A stretch of 64,000 nucleotides of DNA from an uncultured Actinomycetota bacterium (lineage in GTDB: Bacteria > Actinomycetota > Actinomycetes > Propionibacteriales > Kribbellaceae). This document shows positions 1-9,899 of this stretch, piece after piece (the stretch's first letter is position 1; the number at the start of each line of letters is the position of its first letter). The notes below the pieces were generated by a model. The model did no database searches. It was not told the origin of the DNA and saw only the letters and a program-made list of their open reading frames with translations. The position numbers were made by a program, and so were the translations under genes. Location: the NCBI GenBank assembly GCA_963740725.1, contig CAVUFT010000021.1, positions 18,172 to 82,171 on the forward strand. Direction: 5' to 3'.

Positions 1-625
1 TACGTCGTACGCCAGCGTCCGGCAGCCGAAGCCGCGGAGCCGGTGGAGGACCGCCGTACCGATGCGTCCGGTGCCGATCACCCCGACGGTCAGGTCGCGG
101 AGTTCCTTGCCTCGGGCATCATTCAGCCGGTAGTCGTGCAGATCCGTCTGGCGGACAATGCTTTTCGCATTGCGGATCGCCATCAACATCAGCATCAGGG
201 TGTAGTCGGCGACGCTGTCGGGTGAGTAGGAGACGTTGCCGACCTGGAGACCGAGCTGTTCGGCGTACGAGAGGTCGAGGTGGTTGTAGCCGATGCTTCT
301 GGTCGAGATGTAGGTGACGCCGGCCCGGCTGAGCGCCAGCAGGGTCGGGTTGCTGATCGGGGTCTTGTGTCCGACGCTGATGCAGCGGTTGCCGAAGGCA
401 AGTTCGCAGTTGGCCTCGGAGACCGCCGCCGTGGTGATGGTCGGTACGACGCCGAACCGGGGCGCCAGTTCGCGGAACAGGGTCGCCTCGTCGGGGCCGC
501 AGCCGAAGACCGTGATGCCGATCGGTCGAGCGGCCGGGACCGGTACGGGGACCGGTCGTGCAACCCACCCCTCGTCGTCGACCGCGGCGCAGCGCCACCG
601 TTCCTCTTCGTTCGCTGGAGTTCAT
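1..625 (-). CDS. vanH: VanH D-lactate dehydrogenase, 5' part (runs off window start; probable frameshift just after the ATG at 625)
   Basis: Manual minus-strand translation gives GITVFGCGPDEATLF...CISVGHK...YISTRSIGYNHLD...SYSPDSVADYTLMLMLMAIR...GKELRDLTVGVIGTGRIG, typical of VanH. Adjacent to vanY/vanRS. Confidence 0.88.
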
Positions 626-659
626 GCCTTCGAGTCAAGGCGTTCCGGGGTTGCCGGTT

Positions 660-681
660 CGTATGAGGTTTTTGATAAGCC
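660..681 (-). promoter_or_regulatory. Putative VanR-binding box upstream of vanH
   Basis: CGTATGAGGTTTTTGATAAGCC matches 1338-1359 at 19/22 positions and lies ~35 nt before the ATG, like the second copy. Confidence 0.65.
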
Positions 682-690
682 GACTACAAC

Positions 691-1304
691 TTACTTTCCG
701 GTAACCTGCGTCCTCGGGTCGTGCGCCGGGTCGGCGTACCGCTGCGGACAGCCGTGCTCGGCTGCGCCCGGGCGCAGTTCGTAGTGCCAGGGTTCGTTGT
801 CGTAGATCTGGCACAGCCCGTACTTGGCGCCGTGCCTGGACAGCCAGGTGGCGGCGTCGGAGCGTCCGATGTCGATCGCGTCGCCCGCTCACGTGCGGAG
901 AGGTGTCGGGAGTGGCCACCCAGCGGGCGGCCTCCTTCTCCGAGCCGTACTGCGCGACCGCATCCTTGAGGAGTTGCGCCTGGTACTCCCGGGAACGCCA
1001 ACCGCTGTTGACGTAGAACACGATCCCCTCGTCGCCCGCAGCGGTCGCGGCCTTGCGCACGGCAGCGCGCAAAGCGGGTTCGAGCTTGGTCACGGCGGGA
1101 ATGTCGTCGAAGACCGTCACGCCGTCCGGGACGTATCCGGCTGCCTCGCCCAGCGCCCGATGAGAGTCGCTGGGGGAGAAGGAGGACGACAAGGACTGCT
1201 GGACGAAGACACCGAGAAGCACCGGCGTTGGCGATGACAAAAGCCACTCGGAGAGTCATTCTGGTCCGGCGGCCCGTTGGGTGGACCGGTGCACTGGAGG
1301 ACAT
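691..1304 (-). CDS. vanY: VanY-like D-Ala-D-Ala carboxypeptidase (M15 family), frameshifted
   Basis: Pieces across frames give VNSGWRSREYQ, SPHVSG-AIDIG (SxHxxGxAxD) and YDNEPWHYEL. Hydrophobic N-terminus. Confidence 0.8.
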
Positions 1305-1337
1305 GCCTCCAGTCAAAGAATCTTGATGTTGTCAGGG

Positions 1338-1359
1338 CGTATGAGCCTTTTGATATGCC
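1338..1359 (-). promoter_or_regulatory. Putative VanR-binding box in the vanY/vanR divergent region
   Basis: CGTATGAGCCTTTTGATATGCC, a near-copy of 660-681. Confidence 0.65.
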
Positions 1360-1391
1360 CGCAATAAGGTCCGCCTCGTAGCATCGATGCT

Positions 1392-2072
1392 GTGCGCGTA
1401 CTGATCGTCGAGGACGAACCCGTGATGGCCGAGGCAATCCGCGACGGCCTGCGCCTGGAGGCGATCGCCGCGGACATCGCGGGCGACGGCGACATCGCGC
1501 TGGAGATGCTTGCCATCAACACCTATGACATCGCCGTTCTGGACCGCGACATTCCGGGCCCGTCCGGCGACGAGATCGCCAAGCGGATCGTTGCCTCCGG
1601 CAGCGGTATGCCGATCCTGATGCTCACCGCCGCGGATCGCCTCGACGACAAGGCCTCCGGGTTCGAGCTCGGCGCCGACGACTACCTCACCAAGCCGTTC
1701 GCCCTGCGAGAGCTCGTACTGCGGCTGCGCGCGCTCGACCGCAGGCGGGTTCACAACCGGCCGCCGGTCCGCGAGATCGCCGGGCTTCGGCTGGACCCGT
1801 TCCGTCGTGAGGTCTATCGGGACGGTCGCTATGTCGCGTTGACGCGCAAGCAGTTCGCAGTACTGGAAGTGCTTGTTGCTGCCGAGGGTGGCGTGGTCAG
1901 TGCCGAGGATCTGCTGGCGCAGGCATGGGACGAGAATGCGGACCCGTTCACCAATGCCGCGCGGATCACGGTCTCGTCGCTGCGCAAGCGGCTCGGTGAG
2001 CCCGAGATCATCTCGACAGTGAAGGGCGTCGGGTACCGGATCGAGACTGCTGGGGATGCGGATCGTGGATAG
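1392..2072 (+). CDS. vanR: VanR-type OmpR-family response regulator
   Basis: MRVLIVEDE, VLDRDIPGPSGDEIA, GADDYLTKPF and AWDENADPFTNA are typical of actinomycete VanR. Confidence 0.9.
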   Translation: MRVLIVEDEPVMAEAIRDGLRLEAIAADIAGDGDIALEMLAINTYDIAVLDRDIPGPSGDEIAKRIVASGSGMPILMLTAADRLDDKASGFELGADDYLTKPFALRELVLRLRALDRRRVHNRPPVREIAGLRLDPFRREVYRDGRYVALTRKQFAVLEVLVAAEGGVVSAEDLLAQAWDENADPFTNAARITVSSLRKRLGEPEIISTVKGVGYRIETAGDADRG

Positions 2073-3189
2073 GGAGCCGGGACTGAGCGTTCGGCTCAAG
2101 CTCGCGCTGAGCTATGCCGCGGTCATCATGCTCTCCGGCGCCGGGCTGTTGCTGGTCGTCTGGGTGTTCCTGCTGCGCTACGTGCCTGCCGTGATCACCG
2201 AATCGCCGCCCGCCATGCGCGGGGGTCCTGGGCCTGGCCAGCCTGGGCCGATGCACGTTCCCGACCGCGCCGCGCTGGTGGCTGCCTTCGTGCCGAAGGC
2301 GGGTGTCGCGCTGGCGTGCCTGCTGATCCTCGGGCTGGTCGGCGGCTGGCTGCTGGCCGGCAGCATGCTCTCGCCGCTGACCCGGATCACCAACGCCGCC
2401 CGGCTGGCGACGGGCGGATCGCTCTCGCACCGGGTCCAGCTGGAAGGCCGCCAGGACGAGTTCCGGGAACTCGCCGACACCTTCGACACCATGCTCGCGC
2501 GGCTCGAAGCCCACGATGCCGAGCAGCAGCGATTCGCGGCGAACGCCTCGCACGAACTGCGGACCCCGTTGGCGATCACGCAGACGCTGCTCGATGTCGC
2601 CCAGAAGGATCCGAGCCGCGATCCGCGCGAACTCGTCGATCGGCTGCAGTTCGTGAACACCCGGGCGATCGACCTCACCGAAGCGCTGCTGATGCTCAGC
2701 CGCGCGAATCAGGCTTCCTTCGAGCCGGTGCCCGTCGACCTGTCCCTCGCGGTGGAAGAAGCCACCGAAACTCTTCTTCCGCTAGCCGAAAAGAACGGTG
2801 TCACGCTCGAGACGTCCGGCGATCCGGCCATCGCGCGCGGCTCGAAGACGCTGCTCCTCCAGCTGACAACGAACCTTGTGCACAACGCGATCGTCCACAA
2901 TCTCCCCGCCGATGGCACGGTCTGGGTATCGACCAGCGTTCAGCCAAGGACCGCAGTACTGGTGGTCGAGAACACCGGCGAGCAACTCACCCCGCAGCTG
3001 GTCTCTACCCTCGCCGAACCGTTCCAGCGCAGCACCGGCCGCATCCACACCGACCACGCAGGCGTAGGCCTCGGCCTGGCCATCGTCAAAAGCATCACCC
3101 AGGCCCACAGTGGCACCCTGACCCTCACCCCCCGCCCCACCGGCGGCCTCCGAGTCACCGTCAAACTCCCCACCGCACCCCCAAGCTGA
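2056..3189 (+). CDS. vanS: VanS-type sensor histidine kinase
   Basis: Two TM segments, HAMP, FAANASHELRTPL H-box, NLVHNAIVHN N-box and GVGLGLAIV G-box. Overlaps vanR; true start may be a few codons downstream. Confidence 0.88.
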   Translation: MRIVDREPGLSVRLKLALSYAAVIMLSGAGLLLVVWVFLLRYVPAVITESPPAMRGGPGPGQPGPMHVPDRAALVAAFVPKAGVALACLLILGLVGGWLLAGSMLSPLTRITNAARLATGGSLSHRVQLEGRQDEFRELADTFDTMLARLEAHDAEQQRFAANASHELRTPLAITQTLLDVAQKDPSRDPRELVDRLQFVNTRAIDLTEALLMLSRANQASFEPVPVDLSLAVEEATETLLPLAEKNGVTLETSGDPAIARGSKTLLLQLTTNLVHNAIVHNLPADGTVWVSTSVQPRTAVLVVENTGEQLTPQLVSTLAEPFQRSTGRIHTDHAGVGLGLAIVKSITQAHSGTLTLTPRPTGGLRVTVKLPTAPPS

Positions 3190-3267
3190 GGTCACGCGAT
3201 CTGGCCCGAGGTTGCGCCGCGACCGGCGGCCGAGCACCCCGTAGTACTGACTGATCTGCGTGCTTCT

Positions 3268-3837
3268 TCAGGCGATGAGGATGGCGGCGATCAGGTAGAA
3301 GAGGTTGATCGCGAGGATGAAGATGCGCTCGGAGATGGCGAAGAACTTGCGGCGTAGCGGGCGGACGACGAGGGCGATCACCAAGGCTGCAAGGGAGATC
3401 ATCGCGACCCAGTGGAGCACGTTCAGGGCGGCGTTGTGGATCTGGTCATGGAAGGTGCCGGTCAGCGTGTAGCTGATCGCGAACCAGGCGATCGCCACGA
3501 GGTAGTGGATCCGGCCGATCGCCGTACGGCGTGCGCCTTCGAGGTCGGTCGGGACAAGCGGCAGGGCCACGAAGATGACGGCGAGGACGGCCAGCCAGAC
3601 GCCGATCGAGTTGCGGTTGTCCCAATCGCCTGACCACACGGCGACCGCGAGACAGGCCCAGCCGGCAGCGGTCACCCAGGTCATTGCGGACGACAACCGC
3701 CGGGTCGGTCCGACGGCGTAGTCGCTCACCGCATGCTCCACGATGTTGTAGTCGCTGCGCGCGAAGTGGAGTGCGACGAACAGGACGAGCCGGATCAGGA
3801 AGAGTCCCGCGGCGGCGGCCGCGAACGTGGTGGTCAT
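3268..3837 (-). CDS. DUF998-like membrane protein
   Basis: Multiple hydrophobic helices with HAVSDY and PTD motifs. Start taken at MTTTF. Confidence 0.65.
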   Translation of the reverse strand: MTTTFAAAAAGLFLIRLVLFVALHFARSDYNIVEHAVSDYAVGPTRRLSSAMTWVTAAGWACLAVAVWSGDWDNRNSIGVWLAVLAVIFVALPLVPTDLEGARRTAIGRIHYLVAIAWFAISYTLTGTFHDQIHNAALNVLHWVAMISLAALVIALVVRPLRRKFFAISERIFILAINLFYLIAAILIA

Positions 3838-3979
3838 GGCTACCGAGTATCGGGAGCGGCGATGACATTTCGCTGACACGCAAGCACGTGGACGGTGTGG
3901 AGTCAACCGGTGACAAAGCGCAACCTTCGTCACATACTGAAGTCGGTCACTGTGAGTGTTCGAGCGATGGGGGAAGCTA

Positions 3980-4504
3980 ATGGCCACTGATTTTCAGCGC
4001 CGCAAGATCGCCGGGGTGTTCGAAGCGATGGACGCCGACGGCAACGGCTATCTCGAGGAGTCCGATTTCGAGTCGCTGACCGAACGCTGGGTCGGCCTGC
4101 GCGGGTGGGACCGGGGGACCGCGGACTATGAGCGGATGCGGGCGATCATGATGGGCTGGTGGTCCGCGCTGGCCACGATCTCGGCCGCCGACCAGGTGTC
4201 ACTCGACCAGCTGATGATCGTCGTCGACCAACTTCCGTCGATGGACGACGCCGTCTACGCGACCGCGGACGCGATGTTCGACGCGATCGACCAGAACGCC
4301 GACGACCGGATCGCCCTGGAGGAACACAAACAGGTCGTCTACGCCTGGAAAGGTTCGTCCGACGGCATCGAGGAGGTCTTCCCGCAACTAGACCTCAACG
4401 GCGACGGCCACCTCTCCCGCGAAGAGTTCCGCACCCTCTGGTCCGACTTCTGGCGCGGCACCGACCCCGCTTCCCCCTCCCAATACGTCTTCGGCCGCTA
4501 CTGA
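3980..4504 (+). CDS. EF-hand calcium-binding protein (calerythrin-like)
   Basis: EF loops DADGNGYLEESD, DQNADDRIALEE and DLNGDGHLSREE. Confidence 0.85.
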   Translation: MATDFQRRKIAGVFEAMDADGNGYLEESDFESLTERWVGLRGWDRGTADYERMRAIMMGWWSALATISAADQVSLDQLMIVVDQLPSMDDAVYATADAMFDAIDQNADDRIALEEHKQVVYAWKGSSDGIEEVFPQLDLNGDGHLSREEFRTLWSDFWRGTDPASPSQYVFGRY

Positions 4505-4550
4505 CCCACCTCAGCCCCTCGCCCCACCCCAACTCAGTTCTCACGAGGCG

Positions 4551-4722
4551 GTGTGGTGCCCGCCCGACCTGTTGAGGACGGGCGTACCGGGATCGGATTC
4601 GTGTTCGGTCTCAGGTGTCTCGCCCCCGACACCCTTGCTTCGCGAGCCAGTGTCGTGTCCACCCGACCAGTTGACGGCGGCGCATGGGTCGGATTCGTGT
4701 CTTCGTCTCGGGTGGCTGGCCT
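4551..4722. repeat. Two degenerate ~100-nt-period direct repeats in a long intergenic region
   Basis: GTGTGGTGCCCGCCCGACCTGTTGA...TCGGATTCGTGT versus GTGTCGTGTCCACCCGACCAGTTGA...TCGGATTCGTGT. Confidence 0.55.
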
Positions 4723-5221
4723 ACCTCGACTCGGATCCTAGGGAGGGTGTTGTGCCAACCGGGCTTACCGCAGCGAGCACACCCGGAGGTCCACCACGCA
4801 TCGACCTCACGACGCAGCCCATGCGTGGCTCCCGAACGGCGGGCTCGACAGGTTTCGTGCATTCGTGGGTTGTCTCCGGACTCGGGAGCGCGCACCGTTG
4901 ATCGGGTGATTCCCGTTGCCTGGAAAGAAACTTGCATATGCGAGTGAGAAGTTTCCACCTAACGAGGTCGGCGGTTCGATCGACAACTCGGGCTCGCCGA
5001 CCGGCCCAGTCCGCTGTGAACAGTTCTGCATCGACCGGTTCGCTCGGCGTACCGACGGACATGAGGTGTCCATCAAAACCAACCTCGCCGCGGCTGCCTT
5101 CCGCGTGAAATCGGGCGTCAGGTGCGATACCTCCTGTCCGTCGGTACACCCCTCCAAGCCAGGAGCGACCGGATGGCGGACTTTGTCTAGTGGGGGAGTG
5201 GACATAGGGGAAGATCGGGGT

Positions 5222-6037
5222 GTGACTGGATCTCCTGAGGTGGCGTATCGGTTGCGGTATGGGGCTGACTCGGCGTACGGCGTACCGGGTGAGTGGAGTG
5301 AGGTGTTGGAGCGGCAGTTGGCGCATCGGTCGGTGCGGAGTTATCGGTCCGATCCGGTGTCCGAGGAGACGTTGGCGGCGCTGATCGCTGCGGCGCAGTC
5401 GGCGCCTACGTCGGGGAACCTGCAGCTGTGGAGCGTGGTCGCCGTACGGGACGACGAGCGGCGGGCGAGGTTGGCCAAGCTTGCGGGGGATCAGGAGTTC
5501 ATCGTCGAGGCGCCGTTGCTGCTGGTGTGGCTGGCGGATCTCGCGCGGGCCCGGCAGGTGGTCGGCACGGCGACGGCTGAGGGTGCGGACTTCGTCGAGG
5601 CGGCGCTGTTGTCGTTCATCGATGTCGCGCTGGCGGCGCAGAACGCGTCGCTGGCGGCGGAGTCGCTCGGGTTGGGCACGGTGTTCGTCGGCGCCATCCG
5701 CAATCGCCCGCTGGAGGTCGCGGCGGAGCTGGGGCTGCCGGCGAACGTGTTCCCGGTCTTCGGGCTGACGGTCGGCCACCCCGATCGGTGGGACGAGACC
5801 GCCGTGAAGCCTCGGCTTCCGCAGGCGGCCGTGCTGCATCACGAGCGCTACGACCTGGAGCCCCAGGCGTCCCACGTCGAGACCTACGAGGAACTCCTCA
5901 ACGCCTTCTACGCAACAGCCGGTCTGCCCAGCAGTTGGGTGAACCGGGTAGCCCACCGCTTCGGCACGGTCGAGGGTCTGAAGGGTCGCGAGCACCTCCG
6001 CGCCGCCCTCCAAACCCAAGGCTTCGAGCTGCGCTAG
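5222..6037 (+). CDS. NADPH-dependent nitroreductase/flavin reductase (NfsA/NfrA family)
   Basis: HRSVRSY, AAQSAPTSGNLQ, GLGTVFVGAIRN and KPRLP motifs. Confidence 0.88.
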   Translation: MTGSPEVAYRLRYGADSAYGVPGEWSEVLERQLAHRSVRSYRSDPVSEETLAALIAAAQSAPTSGNLQLWSVVAVRDDERRARLAKLAGDQEFIVEAPLLLVWLADLARARQVVGTATAEGADFVEAALLSFIDVALAAQNASLAAESLGLGTVFVGAIRNRPLEVAAELGLPANVFPVFGLTVGHPDRWDETAVKPRLPQAAVLHHERYDLEPQASHVETYEELLNAFYATAGLPSSWVNRVAHRFGTVEGLKGREHLRAALQTQGFELR

Positions 6038-6498
6038 GGCAGTGGCTTGCGCGGATACTCCCGCAGTACGAGCGAAGTGCTGACGGCGCCCAGGCGGCCG
6101 ATCGTGTCGACGAGTTGCTCGAGCGCGCCGGCGTCGGGTGCGTGGACGTCGAGGAGGAAGCAGTCCTCGCCGGTCAATCGGTACGTCGCCGTCACCTGAT
6201 CGAGCTTCTCGAAGAGTTCGAGCGCCTCCGGGAGCCGTGCGTGCGCGGTACGGAGCCGGACGACGGCGTGAATGTTCAGCCCGACCTTCGCGGGATCGAC
6301 CACGGCCGTGTATCCCTTGATCACCCCGCTTCGCTCCAGCCGCTGGATCCGCGCGGACACCGCCGGCTGGGACAGGTTCACCCGGCGGCCGATGTCGGTT
6401 CCGCTCAGGCGCCCGTCCTCCTGCAGGACCGTCAGGATCTGCCGATCGATCTCGTCCAATGGATCCACCTTCTCCGCCGCGTTCCGCCTTGAATTCAT
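6034..6498 (-). CDS. Lrp/AsnC family transcriptional regulator
   Basis: LDEIDRQILTVLQEDGR HTH, RIQRLERSGVIKGY and LTGEDCF. Confidence 0.9.
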   Translation of the reverse strand: MNSRRNAAEKVDPLDEIDRQILTVLQEDGRLSGTDIGRRVNLSQPAVSARIQRLERSGVIKGYTAVVDPAKVGLNIHAVVRLRTAHARLPEALELFEKLDQVTATYRLTGEDCFLLDVHAPDAGALEQLVDTIGRLGAVSTSLVLREYPRKPLP

Positions 6499-6569
6499 CA
6501 GCAACGCCCCAGACGGCAGAGTGATTCCGGCAGGATGGCAGCAGCTTCGACCGAGGAGGACCATCCGCA

Positions 6570-7127
6570 ATGCAGCACATCATCGTTCCCGGCTGGAACG
6601 GCTCCGACGCCCGCCACTGGCAGTCGGTCTGGGAATCCGGTTGGCTCCCCGACGCGATCCGGATCGAACCGGCGTCCTGGGACCATCCCGACCGCGACGA
6701 CTGGACCGCCGCGATCGAACGCGCCGTACAGAAGGCCGACGACGAGGTAGTCCTCATCACCCACAGCCTCGGCTGTTTCGCCGTCGCCCACTGGCTGACC
6801 AGTACGCCGTACGCCGAACCCGGTCGCGCCATCCGTGGGGTGTTCCTCGTCGCCCCACCCGACCAGCACGCCGAAACCTTCCCTGCGGACGTCCTCGGAA
6901 CCTTCATCGAACCGAACCCGGTCGCGATCGGCCTCCCCGCAGTACTGATCGCGAGTGAGGACGACCCCTACTGCACAGTCGACGGAGCAGCCCGGATGGC
7001 CGCCGAATGGCAGGTCCCCCTCATCACCACCGGCAAGCAAGGCCACCTCAACGCCGACAGCAACCTCGGCCCCTGGCCCCTCGGCCAAAACCTCCTCACC
7101 GCCTTCAAAGCCGGCCTGGGCGCCTGA
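6570..7127 (+). CDS. RBBP9/YdeN family alpha/beta hydrolase
   Basis: IVPGWNGS, HWQ, HSLGC nucleophile elbow, SEDDPY and GHLN. Confidence 0.88.
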   Translation: MQHIIVPGWNGSDARHWQSVWESGWLPDAIRIEPASWDHPDRDDWTAAIERAVQKADDEVVLITHSLGCFAVAHWLTSTPYAEPGRAIRGVFLVAPPDQHAETFPADVLGTFIEPNPVAIGLPAVLIASEDDPYCTVDGAARMAAEWQVPLITTGKQGHLNADSNLGPWPLGQNLLTAFKAGLGA

Positions 7128-7132
7128 CCGAC

Positions 7133-7963
7133 TCAGGCGGATCGGTGGTTCCGAAGGCGGGGTCTGGGCAGGGAGTGTGAGGCCGTTGTTGATGTCTTGC
7201 TCGCTACGACCATGTAGTTCTCGGCCTCAGGGTTGTACGTGCTGCTTTCCGTTTGGAGTCCGAGCTGGTGCAACTCGGCTAGGAGTTCGTCGTATCGGTA
7301 GGGCCAGCACGACAGCAGTTCCGAGCGGACTAGAACCGGCCCAGCCGCATCAACTTGCGCGATCGCGATCTCGATGTGGTGCTCCTCCTCCCACTGTGAG
7401 GCAATCTCCCAGCGGTAGACCACGACGGCATTGCGACCGTTCCGGCGGACAAGACGGTCACTGATGTCCAGCCGGGAACCTCTGGCCCGCACGAGTTCCC
7501 AGGTGCGGGAGGTGAGTACCAAGCGCCCGCCAGGGCGCAGAAGCCGTGACATCGACTCCAGGGCAGCAACCCTGCCTCTTGCGCCCTCGGCATGGTGCAG
7601 CGAGTTGCCAACGCAGAACACCATGTCGAAGGTGTCGTCAGCGAAATGGTCGGGCAACTCTTGCCAGTCCGCCCGCAGTGTCCGGACAGGTGCGCTGAAT
7701 TCCTCAGCCAACTCCGCAGTCCGACGAACCATCGCTTCACTGGCGTCGGTTGCGACCACCTGCAGGCCAAGACCGGCGAGGCCGACCGCCAACTGTCCGG
7801 TTCCGCACGAACAATCGAGGACGTGAGCGTTCGGCGGCAGGAGACTGGTGACGTCCTCGAACGACGCAGCGAACTCGGCCGGGGCCAGCTTTGCATCAGA
7901 GATGAGCCACTCGTACACCTCGGCAAGCGCGTTATAGCTGGTCACAACTACTACCTCCGACAC
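7133..7963 (-). CDS. Class I SAM-dependent methyltransferase (glycine/sarcosine N-methyltransferase-like)
   Basis: VLDCSCGTG motif I, FCVGNSLHH and LRPGG. Confidence 0.8.
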   Translation of the reverse strand: MSEVVVVTSYNALAEVYEWLISDAKLAPAEFAASFEDVTSLLPPNAHVLDCSCGTGQLAVGLAGLGLQVVATDASEAMVRRTAELAEEFSAPVRTLRADWQELPDHFADDTFDMVFCVGNSLHHAEGARGRVAALESMSRLLRPGGRLVLTSRTWELVRARGSRLDISDRLVRRNGRNAVVVYRWEIASQWEEEHHIEIAIAQVDAAGPVLVRSELLSCWPYRYDELLAELHQLGLQTESSTYNPEAENYMVVASKTSTTASHSLPRPRLRNHRSA

Positions 7964-8067
7964 GGGCCAGACTCACGGTCGCGCATCAGTACATCAGCGG
8001 AGCAAGTCGGTTCACCAATGGTTTTGCAAGCGGAACCCGTCCAGTCATGCCGCTCTGGGTGCGTGCG

Positions 8068-8361
8068 TCAGTCGATGCCTTCGACGATGCGGAAGTCGCG
8101 CTCGACGCCGTCAGCAAGCGCGGTCAGCGCCTCCTGGTAGGCCGCGCTCTCGCGCGCCGCGACGGCCTGGTCGAAGGTGTCGAACTCGACCAGGATGGTG
8201 CGTTCGGCGATTCCGGCGTCGTGGGCGACGACCCGACCGCCACGGATGAGGGTCCGCCCGCCGAAGGCCTGGACGGCCGTACGCGCCAACTCGTTGTAGG
8301 CAGCAAGCTTCTCAGGATCTGAAATGGTGCGGTAGACGCTGACCCAGTAGCCCTTGGGCAT
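8068..8361 (-). CDS. DUF1330 family protein
   Basis: MPKGYW...GGRTLIRGG...RTILVEFDTFDQA...YQEAL...RDFRIVEG; GGAGG RBS upstream. Confidence 0.85.
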   Translation of the reverse strand: MPKGYWVSVYRTISDPEKLAAYNELARTAVQAFGGRTLIRGGRVVAHDAGIAERTILVEFDTFDQAVAARESAAYQEALTALADGVERDFRIVEGID

Positions 8362-8384
8362 AGAACCTCCAGTGTTGGGATGAG

Positions 8385-9899
8385 TTACAGGTTTGTGGCT
8401 GAGTGGAGAAGCTGACGCACAGCTGGGCGACCCTCGCCGTCGAGACGGATGACCAGGTGCTGGTTCCACCGTTCGTCGGTACTGGGGTGGTCGGAGCGCC
8501 AGTGACACCCGCGGCTGTCCTCCCGGGTGATCGCTGCTGCGACGACCGTTCGCGCCACCGTCGCCAGCGGGCCGTCTCCCGCCGACTCGAGCTCGTCGAG
8601 GGCGGTCTGCAATCCGGCACCGTCGCGGCGGATACCGGCGTGTTCGGTCAGGATCGCCCGGATCCTGTCCGGTTCGCGGTCCTCGCCCAAGGTCAGCCGA
8701 CTGGGCTGCCCGGACGACTCCGCGGGTAGGTCGAGGGTCAGCGCCGTGGCGACGCGCCGCCCGAAGACCAGGCCTTCGAGCAGGCTGTTGGACGCCAGTC
8801 TGTTGGCTCCGTGGACGCCACCGCCCGCGGCCTCGCCGACGGCGTAGAGACCCGGTACGTCGGTTGCGCCGTCGCGGTTCGTCCGGATTCCGCCGCACAG
8901 GAAGTGTTCGGCCGGGGCCACCGGGATCGGCTCGCTCAGCATGTCGACGCCGATTCGCCGGCAGGATGCCAGGACGGTCGGGAACCGCCGGCGGATGGTG
9001 TCCTCCGGGATCGACCGGGCGTCCAGCCACACGTGCTCGCTCCCGTCGCGCCGCATCGTCGACTCGATGGCCCGGGCGACGATGTCCCGCGGAGCGAGGT
9101 CGGCACGCGGGTGCACGCCGGTCATGATCCTGCGGCCGGCCACGTCACGGAGTACGGCGCCTTCACCGCGGACGGCCTCGGTGACCAAGGGGAGCTGGCC
9201 TGTGCTGTCGCCGGTGAAGAGTGCGGTCGGATGGAACTGCACGAACTCCATGTCGACCAGCGAGGCCCCGGCGTGCAGCGCCAAGGCGATGCCGTCGCCG
9301 CGGACGGTCGACGGATTCGTGCTGGCCAGGTAGGCGTTGCCGATCCCGCCGGTGGCCAGTACGACGGCGCGGGCGTCGATCTGGCTGACGTCCGCGCCCT
9401 CCTCGACGAGTACGCCGGCGATGTGCCCGGAGCCCGACTTGATCAGGCCGACGGCCCGTCCTGTCACCCTCCGGACGCCGGCGAGCTGCACTGCCTGGTG
9501 GAGCGCGCGATGAACTTCGGCGCCGCTGGCATCGCCGCCGGCATGGACAACCCGGCGGCGGTCGTGGCCACCTTCGAGGGTTCTCGACAGTGAACCGTCG
9601 CTGTCGCGGTCGAAACGAGCGCCCAGCGCGATCAGTTCGGCCAGCCGCTGTGGACCTTCCTCGACGAGTGCGCGGACAGTGCGCGGGTCGCAGAATCCTG
9701 CGCCGGCGATCTCGGTGTCGTGGGCGTGGTCGAGTGGGTCGTCGTCGCCGTACGCCGCGGCGATCCCGCCCTGCGCCCACGGCGTACTCCCGGAACCGGC
9801 ACTGACCAGGAGTACGTTCCGGGTCGCCGCGAGGCCCAGCGCGGCCGACAGGCCGGCCGCACCGCTGCCGATGACGACGACGTCGGCGGATCGTCTCAC
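8385..9899 (-). CDS. nadB: L-aspartate oxidase
   Basis: [43 protein letters not shown] and [12 protein letters not shown] start overlaps the nadA stop. Confidence 0.93.
   Translation of the reverse strand: MRRSADVVVIGSGAAGLSAALGLAATRNVLLVSAGSGSTPWAQGGIAAAYGDDDPLDHAHDTEIAGAGFCDPRTVRALVEEGPQRLAELIALGARFDRDSDGSLSRTLEGGHDRRRVVHAGGDASGAEVHRALHQAVQLAGVRRVTGRAVGLIKSGSGHIAGVLVEEGADVSQIDARAVVLATGGIGNAYLASTNPSTVRGDGIALALHAGASLVDMEFVQFHPTALFTGDSTGQLPLVTEAVRGEGAVLRDVAGRRIMTGVHPRADLAPRDIVARAIESTMRRDGSEHVWLDARSIPEDTIRRRFPTVLASCRRIGVDMLSEPIPVAPAEHFLCGGIRTNRDGATDVPGLYAVGEAAGGGVHGANRLASNSLLEGLVFGRRVATALTLDLPAESSGQPSRLTLGEDREPDRIRAILTEHAGIRRDGAGLQTALDELESAGDGPLATVARTVVAAAITREDSRGCHWRSDHPSTDERWNQHLVIRLDGEGRPAVRQLLHSATNL

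Noticed and set aside
4721-6907. 728-aa minus-strand ORF, and similar long ORFs at 16323-18275, 18705-20708, 26380-28311, 28313-30202, 40044-42116 and 48140-50548
   Set aside because: These are shadow ORFs over well-supported genes in high-GC DNA, Arg/Gly/Pro-rich with no recognisable motifs.
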